Below the pieces are notes generated by a model that made no database searches, was not told where the DNA came from, and worked only from the letters and a program-made list of their open reading frames with translations. From an uncultured Alphaproteobacteria bacterium (GTDB lineage Bacteria; Pseudomonadota; Alphaproteobacteria; HIMB59; GCA-002718135), in the NCBI GenBank assembly GCA_902610845.1, contig CACLXJ010000004.1, positions 7,116 to 71,115 on the forward strand: DNA of 64,000 nt. Direction: 5' to 3'. Positions 19,243 to 27,963 of the stretch are shown piece after piece; positions within the stretch are counted from its first letter, which is position 1; the number at the start of each line of letters is the position of its first letter. Both the position numbers and the translations under genes were made by a program.

Positions 19243-20241
19243 TTAATTCTGCCTTACGCGTGGATCTAAAATGGCTAGTAGAATATCTGCAATAATATTT
19301 CCAATTATTAATATTACTGTTAAACAAAATAAAATTGCGGCTGTAGTATATGTGTCTTGTCTTTGAATGGATTCTACCAAAAGTGGTCCTGCAGTTGGAA
19401 TGGATAAAACAATTGCAGCTTCTAGTTCTCCCATTAACATATAAGGTAAAGCAATACCCTGAAACATAACAAGAGGGTGTAAAGCATTTGGAACTGCATG
19501 ACGATACAACGTTTGATTTTCAGATAAACCTTTTGCTCTTGCAGTTTCAATATACTGCATTCGCATTACATCTAATAAATTTCCACGCATAACTCGCATG
19601 TTATAAGCAAGTCCTCCAATAATTGCGATTAGAAATATTGGCCAAATATGAAGTATACCATTCCATAACTTTGCAAATGACATTGGTTGAACTGCGTAAT
19701 ATGGTGAATACATAGAACCCGTGTTGTCAGAATTTAAAACAATTGCTAACCAATACATAATTAAAAGTGCTAGAAAAAAACGTGGAATTGTCATTCCTAA
19801 AAAAGCGAACACAGTAGCTACATTATCACCTAACTTGTTTTGATTTTTTGCTGCATAAATTCCAATAAATACACCTATAGTTGTTGCAAAAAAATGACAG
19901 ATTAATGCTATTACTAATGTTCTAGGCAATCTATCAGCTAACATCTCACTTACAGGTTTGTTGTAGTGCATTGAAAAACCAAAATCAAAATTTAGAACAA
20001 TATTTTTAATCCAATTAAAATATCTAATTACAACTGGCTCATTCAGACCATATTTTTCTCTCAATGATTTTGTAAGTTCTAAAGCTTGTTCTTGTGTAAT
20101 ATTTGCTAAAGCCTTAGTTTGACTAACGTACCACGTTGCATAATCACCTGGCGGTAATTCGATAATAAAAAAAATAATTATACTGATTACAAAAAGAAGT
20201 GGAAGTGAATAAAGAATTCTTCTGATAATAAATGAAAACAT
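19243..20241 (-). CDS. ABC transporter permease (OppB type; AgpB-like)
   Basis: IIELPPGD, YIETARAKGL, LDPRVR. Confidence 0.93.
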   Translation of the reverse strand: MFSFIIRRILYSLPLLFVISIIIFFIIELPPGDYATWYVSQTKALANITQEQALELTKSLREKYGLNEPVVIRYFNWIKNIVLNFDFGFSMHYNKPVSEMLADRLPRTLVIALICHFFATTIGVFIGIYAAKNQNKLGDNVATVFAFLGMTIPRFFLALLIMYWLAIVLNSDNTGSMYSPYYAVQPMSFAKLWNGILHIWPIFLIAIIGGLAYNMRVMRGNLLDVMRMQYIETARAKGLSENQTLYRHAVPNALHPLVMFQGIALPYMLMGELEAAIVLSIPTAGPLLVESIQRQDTYTTAAILFCLTVILIIGNIIADILLAILDPRVRQN

Positions 20242-20253
20242 ATTTTTTTATAA

Positions 20254-20280
20254 TGTAAGGGGCTATGTTAGCCCCTTACA
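20254..20280 (-). terminator. Intercistronic stem-loop after binding-protein gene
   Basis: Perfect 12-bp inverted repeat TGTAAGGGGCTA-tgt-TAGCCCCTTACA. Confidence 0.75.
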
Positions 20281-20290
20281 AAAAGATTTA

Positions 20291-22345
20291 TTAATCAATA
20301 CCAGGAACTCTTCCTGGGAATAATTCATCCAATTGATCATATTGATAAACCCAGAATTGTTCACGGATAACTGTATCTTCAGCCCATTGATAAGCGAGAA
20401 CAGGCATTCCATCAGCTAAATTTTGAATTCTTTTATTTATCAAAAGAGCTGTTGGGTACTGAACTATACCAGGTTGATAGACATTTTCAGTGAATAATTT
20501 CTGATATTGAGACATCAATTGTTTTGCTTCATCTCCTTCAACACCGTCTCTCCATCTTTCAAGAATTTGAACTATTTCTTGTTCAAATGATTGTAATTGT
20601 TGAGGGTGTTCATCAGTTCCTAGATGAGGAGTAAAAGATGAAGTTGTTATAGGGCCTAGTTCTTCCCAATAACCTGAGTTTGGAAAAGCATACTCCTGTT
20701 GAGCTCTGCTAATTATCCAATCATACTCACCTGATTGTCTTGTTGGTTCTGTGTCTTCCATTGGTTTAACATTTACTTTAATTCCAACTTCAGACATCAT
20801 AGTTGCAAGACCATCACCAATTAGTTTCTCGTTTTCACTATCCTTATTTTGCGTCAAATTAATAACAAGATCTCCGCCTCCGTTAGGAAGGTTTCGAACA
20901 CCATTACCATCAGTGTCTGCAAGTCCTAAACCATCTAGTAGAGCATTTGCCCCTCCAGGATTATAAGGAAAAAATGATGTAGCTTCAGGATCAAAGAAGG
21001 CGCTATCTCTTGCCATACCACCAGCATAAACAGTAGCAAAAGGCCCTTTTGACATAGCATTCGCAAATGCTTTACCATCTATTGCGTGCTGAATAGCTTT
21101 TCTAAAATCCAAATTTCTATTTAGATCTCGAATAGCAGCCATCTGATCATCTAACACACCTACACCAATCGCTTGATTCATATAAAGATGATATCCCATA
21201 GTTCTTCCACTAAATGAAAGTCCTGCTTGCGCGTCTTCACTCTTAGATTCTTTAACAGCTTCTAAGTATAGAGGAACATTCTCCATATTTGAGAAGTCAG
21301 CGTTACCAGCTAAGGTATCAACTGTTCTTTGGCCCCATGTTTTTAACTGGAACACCATCTCGTTCATATACGGAAGCTGTTGTCCTTTACTATCTACTTT
21401 CCAATAATATGGATTTCGACGAAGTATAACGACTTCATCTTGTTTATATTCGACTGCTGTCCAAGCTCCCATACTTACCCAAGGTAATCGTCCAGCTGGA
21501 AACGCAGCTACATAATCATCATAAGATGTACCATCATACTTAGGGTGATGCTCTTTAAGTAAGTGTGAAGGTCCAGGGCATCCGTTTATATATGCCATAG
21601 AGTGCAAATTAAGTTTTGGTTCATTTTGTGGAAACGTCCACTTAATTTGAGTTGGGCTTAATATTTCTAAAGTTGTGCCTGCACCCATAGTAGTAGCATT
21701 CATTCTTGTTGGAACATTCTCATCGAGAACATTGTCTTCCCACCAAAAACGAACATCTTCAGAATCAAAAGGATCTCCATCAGACCATTTAGCACCATCA
21801 ATAAGATTCATTGTTAACGAATTTCCATCCCATTCCCAATCAGTTGCTAGGTTTGGTAAAGGATAAGAGTCTTCGGCTTTTAGTCTTACCATTGGACCAT
21901 TTCTTGTTAAACATTCTTGAACTGTGTAATTAATTCCACCCCATCCTTGATGTTGTGAAGCTGTCCAGTTCCATCCTTCTGGTCTTCCTCCAATAGTATG
22001 TCTAAAAGTTCCTCCATAGCGACCAATACCATCTGGCATTGCATCTCCATTAAAAACTAAAGGTTTTTTTGGCAAACGTTCCCATATTGGGGGGAGTTTT
22101 CCTTCTTGAACAAGAGCGCTTATATAGTCTGGTTCATATAGAAATTCAAAGTCTCCAATATCTTGATAGCTCATCAATTCATCTCGTCCGACAAATTGAA
22201 CTTCTTGCATATTTTCAATTGCAGGTGCTGACGGAAGTGCTGTGGCACCCTCCGGTCTAGCAGATACATTTGTACTAGTTAATGCAAAAGTAGCAGAAGC
22301 TACGCTAGCAAGTAATGTGGATCTAAATTTATTTTTTTTCATCAT
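20291..22345 (-). CDS. agpA: Family 5 ABC substrate-binding protein, alpha-galactoside-binding AgpA/MelB-like
   Basis: GKLPPIWERLPKKP, GGRPEGWNW..QGWGGI, RRNPYYWKVD..GQQLPY resemble rhizobial AgpA. Adjacent to a GH4 gene; GGAGG RBS. Confidence 0.82.
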   Translation of the reverse strand: MMKKNKFRSTLLASVASATFALTSTNVSARPEGATALPSAPAIENMQEVQFVGRDELMSYQDIGDFEFLYEPDYISALVQEGKLPPIWERLPKKPLVFNGDAMPDGIGRYGGTFRHTIGGRPEGWNWTASQHQGWGGINYTVQECLTRNGPMVRLKAEDSYPLPNLATDWEWDGNSLTMNLIDGAKWSDGDPFDSEDVRFWWEDNVLDENVPTRMNATTMGAGTTLEILSPTQIKWTFPQNEPKLNLHSMAYINGCPGPSHLLKEHHPKYDGTSYDDYVAAFPAGRLPWVSMGAWTAVEYKQDEVVILRRNPYYWKVDSKGQQLPYMNEMVFQLKTWGQRTVDTLAGNADFSNMENVPLYLEAVKESKSEDAQAGLSFSGRTMGYHLYMNQAIGVGVLDDQMAAIRDLNRNLDFRKAIQHAIDGKAFANAMSKGPFATVYAGGMARDSAFFDPEATSFFPYNPGGANALLDGLGLADTDGNGVRNLPNGGGDLVINLTQNKDSENEKLIGDGLATMMSEVGIKVNVKPMEDTEPTRQSGEYDWIISRAQQEYAFPNSGYWEELGPITTSSFTPHLGTDEHPQQLQSFEQEIVQILERWRDGVEGDEAKQLMSQYQKLFTENVYQPGIVQYPTALLINKRIQNLADGMPVLAYQWAEDTVIREQFWVYQYDQLDELFPGRVPGID

Positions 22346-22421
22346 TCCTCCACTTAAAATTTAATAAAACCTATAATATTATCTTAATAATGAGAAGTAT
22401 TATTTAAGTTTAGAATTAGTA

Positions 22422-23885
22422 TTATAAATTAAAAGCATCTTTTTCGACTAAAATAGACCTTTTTTCTCTTTTTATTTTTGTTTTTATCGAAATTCCTTTC
22501 ACGGATTTATTGTATTTATAGTTTTTAATTTTTTTTAGATTCCTTTTAATACTATTAATTTTTGATTTAAATTGCGGAAGCCATTTTTCTTGAGCGAGAA
22601 GCATTTCGTCAACCATTTGCCAAACTTCTTCTGGTGAGCATACTGAGCTTACTAAAGGATCTTGAAGTACAGCAAGTTTTAATAATTCAACATCGCCATT
22701 GACTGCAGCTTTAACAGCCATTCTTTGTACGTCAATGGATGTACTACACAATGATGCGCATTGAAGTGGTAATTTTATTCCTTTAATCATCTCCAAACCT
22801 TTACTGCTGACATAGCCAGTACTTTCAATCACACAATCTTCGTCTAGATTGGAAATAGTTTTATTGTTAATAACATTAAAATGTCCCCTATATTTTTTTC
22901 CAGTTTCAATTGCTTCAATTATATAACTTCCATGTTCAGACGATCTTTTATAATCATTGAGATTGATTCCAGATTTTTTTAAATACTTAGGATAATCTTC
23001 TACAAACCAATTTCTTTTTTCATTGCATACTCTTAAGTAACCACCTGTTTCACCGTGTATCCAATTTGAAAGGCTAATCCATTTTTTTACGTCATTTTGA
23101 GTACGTCTATACCATGGCAAGTATTCACTTAAATGACCGTTACTCTCAGTGGAGAAATATCCGAACTTATCTAAAACATCTATCCTAACTTTTTCATCTC
23201 TTGAAAATTTTTTATGTTTCTTTAACGATTTAGAAAGCTGTTCTTTTGTAATTTTTTTTCCTTTGTACTTTAAATCCAAATACCACGTCATGTGATTTAT
23301 TCCACTGCAAGAATATTGCAATTTATTAAATGGAATGTTTAATGAATCTTCTATTAATTTTGCACCAGCTTGAACTCCATGGCAAAGGCCGATTGTGTTG
23401 ACTTTACCAATTTCATTTGCTGCCCAGGTATTCATAGCCATAGGATTTGCATAATTTAAAAATAGTGCATTTTTTTTGGCATATTTTTTTATATCTTTAC
23501 AAAAATCTAAGATAACAGGAAGATTACGCTGCCCGTACATTATGCCGCCGGCACAAATAGTGTCTCCCACACATTGATCGATACCAAATTTTAATGGAAT
23601 TGATATGTCTGTTTCAAATGCTTCCAATCCCCCCACCCTTACACAACTAATGATATATTTTGCATTCCTTATTGATTCTTTTCTAACAGGTTCAATGCTG
23701 AGTTTAGTTGGAAGATTATTAGCTTTAATGTCTTTTTGAATTAATTCCGCTACCATCAACAAGTTGCTTCTAGATATATCATGAAGAGAAATTTCTATAT
23801 TTTGAAGTTTTTTAACTTTTAATATATCTCGAACTAGGGTTTGAGTAAAACCAACACTACCGGCGCCAAGAAATGATATTTTCAT
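22422..23885 (-). CDS. GH4 NAD+/Mn-dependent alpha-galactosidase, rhizobial AgaL/MelA type (CHGV motif)
   Basis: GAGSVGFT, DQCVGDTICAGG, LNYANPMAM, GLCHGVQ, STESNGHLSEYLPWY. Confidence 0.88.
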   Translation of the reverse strand: MKISFLGAGSVGFTQTLVRDILKVKKLQNIEISLHDISRSNLLMVAELIQKDIKANNLPTKLSIEPVRKESIRNAKYIISCVRVGGLEAFETDISIPLKFGIDQCVGDTICAGGIMYGQRNLPVILDFCKDIKKYAKKNALFLNYANPMAMNTWAANEIGKVNTIGLCHGVQAGAKLIEDSLNIPFNKLQYSCSGINHMTWYLDLKYKGKKITKEQLSKSLKKHKKFSRDEKVRIDVLDKFGYFSTESNGHLSEYLPWYRRTQNDVKKWISLSNWIHGETGGYLRVCNEKRNWFVEDYPKYLKKSGINLNDYKRSSEHGSYIIEAIETGKKYRGHFNVINNKTISNLDEDCVIESTGYVSSKGLEMIKGIKLPLQCASLCSTSIDVQRMAVKAAVNGDVELLKLAVLQDPLVSSVCSPEEVWQMVDEMLLAQEKWLPQFKSKINSIKRNLKKIKNYKYNKSVKGISIKTKIKREKRSILVEKDAFNL

Positions 23886-23913
23886 ATGTTTATTTCTAAA
23901 CTTCTTAATTTAT

Positions 23914-23942
23914 TTGACAATATTATTATTTATTTCTAACAT
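23914..23942 (+). promoter_or_regulatory. Putative sigma-70 promoter for the PhyH-mocD-melA-panB-like operon
   Basis: TTGACA-N17-TAACAT ending 9 nt before ATG 23952. Confidence 0.55.
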
Positions 23943-23951
23943 AAAAATTAT

Positions 23952-24683
23952 ATGTCAGATTTTACAGAGTTTTTAGAGAATGGGTATATTCTAAAAAGAA
24001 ATCTTTTTTCCCAAGATGAAATATCAAAACTAATTAAATTTATTGAAGAAAATTCTGAGAAAGAAAAGAATGCTAGAGAAACTTTTAGTTCCTCAGGTAA
24101 GCTTAATATGACGTTATGGAATCATCCATCTGAAGATTTATTTGGAAAATTTTCTACCAATGAAAGAATAGTTAAGCCTATGGAAGAATTTCTTGGAGAT
24201 GAGGTCTATCACTATCACTCAAAAGTAATTTGGAAAAAACCTGGTGATGGAGGGTTTGATTGGCATCAAGATTATGGATACTGGTATCATAATGCCTGTC
24301 TGTACCCCGACATGGGGTCTTGCTTTATAATGCTAGACAAGGCTACAAAAGAAAATGGATGTCTGAAAGTTTTAAAAGGATCACAAAAAGTTGGAAGAAT
24401 TGGTCATGGCGTTTCTGATACTCCTGAACAAACAGCTGACTTGGATAGGATACGCGAATTAGAAAAAAGACATGAGTGTATCCATATTGAAGCTAATCCA
24501 GGTGACGCACTTTTTTTTCATGCAAATCTTTTACATTCCTCTGATGCAAATAAATCAAATGAATCAAGAAGAACATTAATTGTTTGTTTTAATACTAAGT
24601 CTAATAATCCATATAAAGAAAACAGTCATGCAAGTTACTCACCATTAAAAATTTCTTCATATAATTCGATTATGGAATATTAA
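23952..24683 (+). CDS. PhyH-family Fe(II)/2OG dioxygenase with canonical triad (ectoine/proline-hydroxylase-like)
   Basis: WHQDYGYW (H-x-D), ENGCLKVLKGS, PGDALFFH..LLHSS, SRR. Confidence 0.88.
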   Translation: MSDFTEFLENGYILKRNLFSQDEISKLIKFIEENSEKEKNARETFSSSGKLNMTLWNHPSEDLFGKFSTNERIVKPMEEFLGDEVYHYHSKVIWKKPGDGGFDWHQDYGYWYHNACLYPDMGSCFIMLDKATKENGCLKVLKGSQKVGRIGHGVSDTPEQTADLDRIRELEKRHECIHIEANPGDALFFHANLLHSSDANKSNESRRTLIVCFNTKSNNPYKENSHASYSPLKISSYNSIMEY

Positions 24684-24752
24684 CAAAATGAAGCTTAAAA
24701 TATTTTATAATAATATTTTAAAAAAATGATTTATACTTACTGAATTAGAATT

Positions 24753-25745
24753 ATGCATATAAATTCTTCCACATGGTATATTCCTAAGATTGAAAAGAAA
24801 AAACTCAAAGAACTTTCAAAAAGAAATGATGGACCAGGTTTGATTCATTTTTTTATATATTTTTCATCACTTATATTTTTTGGTTATCTTTCGTATTTTT
24901 ATTTTGGTAGTATTTTGTTTTACTTTTTCTTTTTTATTTATTCTACAATCTATACATTTGCTATTTCTAATCTTCATGAAACAATTCATCGTACAGCTTT
25001 TAAAACTCGCTGGATTAATGAAGTTTTTTTGTACATATCATCTTTTCAGCTGCATAGTGAACCAGTTGTCTTTAGATGGAGTCATACATTTCATCACTCA
25101 AATACATTGCAGACAGAAGGCGAATATGATCATGAAATTGAAGTTTCAAGACCTACAGACCTATTAAAATTTTTTTTAAAATTTATTCCTCTTTCAGATA
25201 TATTTTTTATTCACCAATCTTCTTTTGTTGGAACAATTAAATCATCTTTAGGAATTATGAGTCCTGCTATAAAAATCAGTGCTCCTAAAGATCAACAAAG
25301 AAAAATAATAAGTAATGCAAGAATAATAATAGGTATTTGGGCTATAATTATTTCAATTTCTATTTATATTAATAACTTGTGGCCAATAATATTTTATTTT
25401 TTACCAACTTTTGTTGGAAGACCTGTTCATTATGCTGTTAATGTAACGCAACACTTAGCTGCAAAAATTGACACCAAAGATCATAGATTAAGTACACATA
25501 CAATCATCTTAAATCCAATATTAAGTTTTTATTATTGGCATATGGAATATCATACAGAGCATCATATGTTTCCAATGGTGCCTTCTTATAATCTGAAAAA
25601 ATTAAGAAATGAAATCAAAGATTCATTGCCTATTCCATTTTATGGTCTTTTTGATTTTTATAAAAAAGTATTACCGTCCTTAATTAAACTAGCATTTGAT
25701 TTAAATGGATATTATAAAGTCAAATTACCTTATGATCAGAATTAA
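24753..25745 (+). CDS. Fatty-acid-desaturase-fold membrane di-iron oxygenase, MocD-like
   Basis: His boxes HETIH, HTFHH, HTEHH; N-terminal WY..I.KKKLKEL..R.D.P and HRTAFKTRW segments resemble rhizopine-catabolism MocD. Confidence 0.78.
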   Translation: MHINSSTWYIPKIEKKKLKELSKRNDGPGLIHFFIYFSSLIFFGYLSYFYFGSILFYFFFFIYSTIYTFAISNLHETIHRTAFKTRWINEVFLYISSFQLHSEPVVFRWSHTFHHSNTLQTEGEYDHEIEVSRPTDLLKFFLKFIPLSDIFFIHQSSFVGTIKSSLGIMSPAIKISAPKDQQRKIISNARIIIGIWAIIISISIYINNLWPIIFYFLPTFVGRPVHYAVNVTQHLAAKIDTKDHRLSTHTIILNPILSFYYWHMEYHTEHHMFPMVPSYNLKKLRNEIKDSLPIPFYGLFDFYKKVLPSLIKLAFDLNGYYKVKLPYDQN

Positions 25746-25774
25746 TAAAAATATAAAAAAAACAGAGATACAAA

Positions 25775-27136
25775 ATGACTAAGTTAACAATAATTGGCGC
25801 AGGAAGTGCAGTATTTACTAAGAATATTTTTACAGATTTAATGTTTATTGATGATTTTAAAAAAATGGACATTGCACTGGTAGACATTGATGAAAAAAGA
25901 TTAAAAATATCCCATGAGTTACTAGATGTAATTGCAAAAAAGTTGGATGCTTCTCCTAATATAAAATCATATACAAATAGAAAAGAAGCTTTAGCAGGTT
26001 CTGATTTTGTACAATCAACTATACAAGTAGGCGGTTACAAACCCTCTACAGTTATAGATTTTGATATTCCAAATCAATTTGGTTTAAAACAAACAATTGC
26101 TGATACCCTTGGCATTGGAGGAATTATGCGAGGGCTTAGAACAATTCCTGTGTTAGTAGATATTGGTAAAGACATAATGGATCTTTGTCCAAATTCTTTG
26201 TGGTTACAATATGTAAATCCAATGTGTTCAAATATGATAGCGATAAATAACGCATGTCCTGGAATTAATTCTATAGGACTATGTCATTCAGTGCAAGGAA
26301 CTGCAGAAATGCTTGCTAGAGATTTAAATGAAAAAATTGAAGATATTGATTATCTATGTGCTGGGATTAATCATATGGCTTTTTATAAAAAGTTTACAAA
26401 AAAAAATGGCAATGGTGGAGAGGATCTTTATCCAAGATTGAAAAAGTTAGCTGATGATATTGTTAGAGATAAAATAACATCTACTAGAAGTATAGGTAGG
26501 GATAGTGAATCAGATAAAGTTCTACATGAAAAAGTAAGATACGAAATTTTAAGACGATTTGGTTATTTTGTTACAGAGTCTAGTGAACATTTTGCTGAGT
26601 ATGTTCCATGGTTCATTAAACAAAACAGACAAGATTTAATTGATCAATATAAAATTCCAATTGAAGAGTATATTGATAGGTGTGAAAATAACATCAAATT
26701 ATGGGACGATTTAGAGAAAGATATGACACCTATTCATAATCAACCTCTAAAAAGAGGAAAGGAATATGCATCATTCATTATGGATGCTGTAGCAAATAAT
26801 AATGAAGTAACTATTAACGGTAATGTAATGAATGATGGATATATAGATAATTTACCATCAAATTGTTGTGTTGAAGTTCCATGTTTAATTAATTCAAATG
26901 GTAATCAACCTCAAAAGACCGGTCGCTTACCTGAACATTTAGCAGCTTTAATGAGAACAAATATAAATGTTCAAATATTGACTGCAGAAGCGGCATTAAC
27001 AAATAAAAAAGAGCATATTTATCATGCTGCAATGCTGGATCCACTAACTGGAGCAAATTTATCTATTGATGAAATATATTCTATGGTTGATAAATTAATT
27101 GATGCACACGGTAATTACTTACCCAAATATCATTAA
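25775..27136 (+). CDS. melA: GH4 alpha-galactosidase, E. coli MelA type (CHSV motif)
   Basis: IGAGSAVF, QTIADTLGIGGIMRGLRTIP, YVNPM, GLCHSVQGT, VTESSEHFAEYVPWF. Confidence 0.9.
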   Translation: MTKLTIIGAGSAVFTKNIFTDLMFIDDFKKMDIALVDIDEKRLKISHELLDVIAKKLDASPNIKSYTNRKEALAGSDFVQSTIQVGGYKPSTVIDFDIPNQFGLKQTIADTLGIGGIMRGLRTIPVLVDIGKDIMDLCPNSLWLQYVNPMCSNMIAINNACPGINSIGLCHSVQGTAEMLARDLNEKIEDIDYLCAGINHMAFYKKFTKKNGNGGEDLYPRLKKLADDIVRDKITSTRSIGRDSESDKVLHEKVRYEILRRFGYFVTESSEHFAEYVPWFIKQNRQDLIDQYKIPIEEYIDRCENNIKLWDDLEKDMTPIHNQPLKRGKEYASFIMDAVANNNEVTINGNVMNDGYIDNLPSNCCVEVPCLINSNGNQPQKTGRLPEHLAALMRTNINVQILTAEAALTNKKEHIYHAAMLDPLTGANLSIDEIYSMVDKLIDAHGNYLPKYH

Positions 27137-27963
27137 TGTCTAAACTTACAGTTAAAGATTTATTTGACAAAAAAGGAAAAGTTAAATTAACAGAACTATA
27201 TGTGACAAATGCTTTAGAGGCATATGCAGCTGAACAGGCTGGAATAGATATTCAAATTGTTTCATTCAAAAAAGATACTCTAAGAACAGGTGTACCAACA
27301 AACAAATGGTTTAGAGACGCTCATATTAAAGATATTCGTGATGCAGCACCAAATACATTTATGATTTATGGCCTTGGTCAACTATCTTCACCAGAAAAAG
27401 CAATTGATGCCGCACTTATAGCAAGGGAAAATGGTGCTGATGCGGTTTATTGCGGTAATAGTCCAAAATATATAGAAGCTCTTCGTAATGAAGGTTTACC
27501 AGCAGTCAGCCATATTGGTTTAATTCCATATAAAAGTACATGGACAGGTGGTTTCAAAGCAGTTGGAAAAGATGCACAATCTGCTTATAGGGTTTATCAA
27601 GATGCTTTAGCATATGACCAAGCGGGAGCTATAGGTCTAGAAGTAGAATGTGTTCCTGATAGAGTTGCAGAAATAATTACGAATAAAGTTAATTTATTGA
27701 CGTTATCCATGGGGAGTGGTCCTAAATGTGATGTTGAGTTTTTATTTATTCAAGATGTTATTGGAACAAATACAGATAGAGTACCTCGTCATGCTAGAGT
27801 TTTTAAAGATACAAATAAATCTTACGAAAAGCTTGTTGATGATACTATAGAAGGACTTACAAATTTTATTAAAGACGTAAATACTAAAAAATTTCCAACT
27901 CTGTCAAATATTGTTAAAATAAAAGATGAAGAGTTCGAAAAATTTTTAGATAAAGTTGGCTAG
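27136..27963 (+). CDS. Divergent PanB-fold (ketopantoate hydroxymethyltransferase-like) protein of uncertain activity
   Basis: Keeps SHIGLIP, GGFKAVGK, LEVECVP, MGSGPKCD; lacks the canonical GDS, DMPF and KxEG motifs. Confidence 0.75.
   Translation: MSKLTVKDLFDKKGKVKLTELYVTNALEAYAAEQAGIDIQIVSFKKDTLRTGVPTNKWFRDAHIKDIRDAAPNTFMIYGLGQLSSPEKAIDAALIARENGADAVYCGNSPKYIEALRNEGLPAVSHIGLIPYKSTWTGGFKAVGKDAQSAYRVYQDALAYDQAGAIGLEVECVPDRVAEIITNKVNLLTLSMGSGPKCDVEFLFIQDVIGTNTDRVPRHARVFKDTNKSYEKLVDDTIEGLTNFIKDVNTKKFPTLSNIVKIKDEEFEKFLDKVG

Noticed and set aside
3233-22260. Short plus/minus ORFs in the track (3233, 6585, 8175, 10164, 14271, 18997, 20751, 21675, 22069)
   Set aside because: All are antisense shadows of well-supported genes, with no motifs or RBS.
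24696-24722. AT-only inverted repeat between the PhyH and MocD-like genes
   Set aside because: Expected by chance at this AT content and too weak to call a terminator or operator.
24753-25745. Calling this a lipid desaturase
   Set aside because: Sequence features and sugar-catabolic context fit MocD-like oxygenases better; no lipid genes are nearby.
27136-27963. Calling this gene panB (pantothenate synthesis)
   Set aside because: Canonical metal- and substrate-binding motifs are missing and no panC is adjacent.
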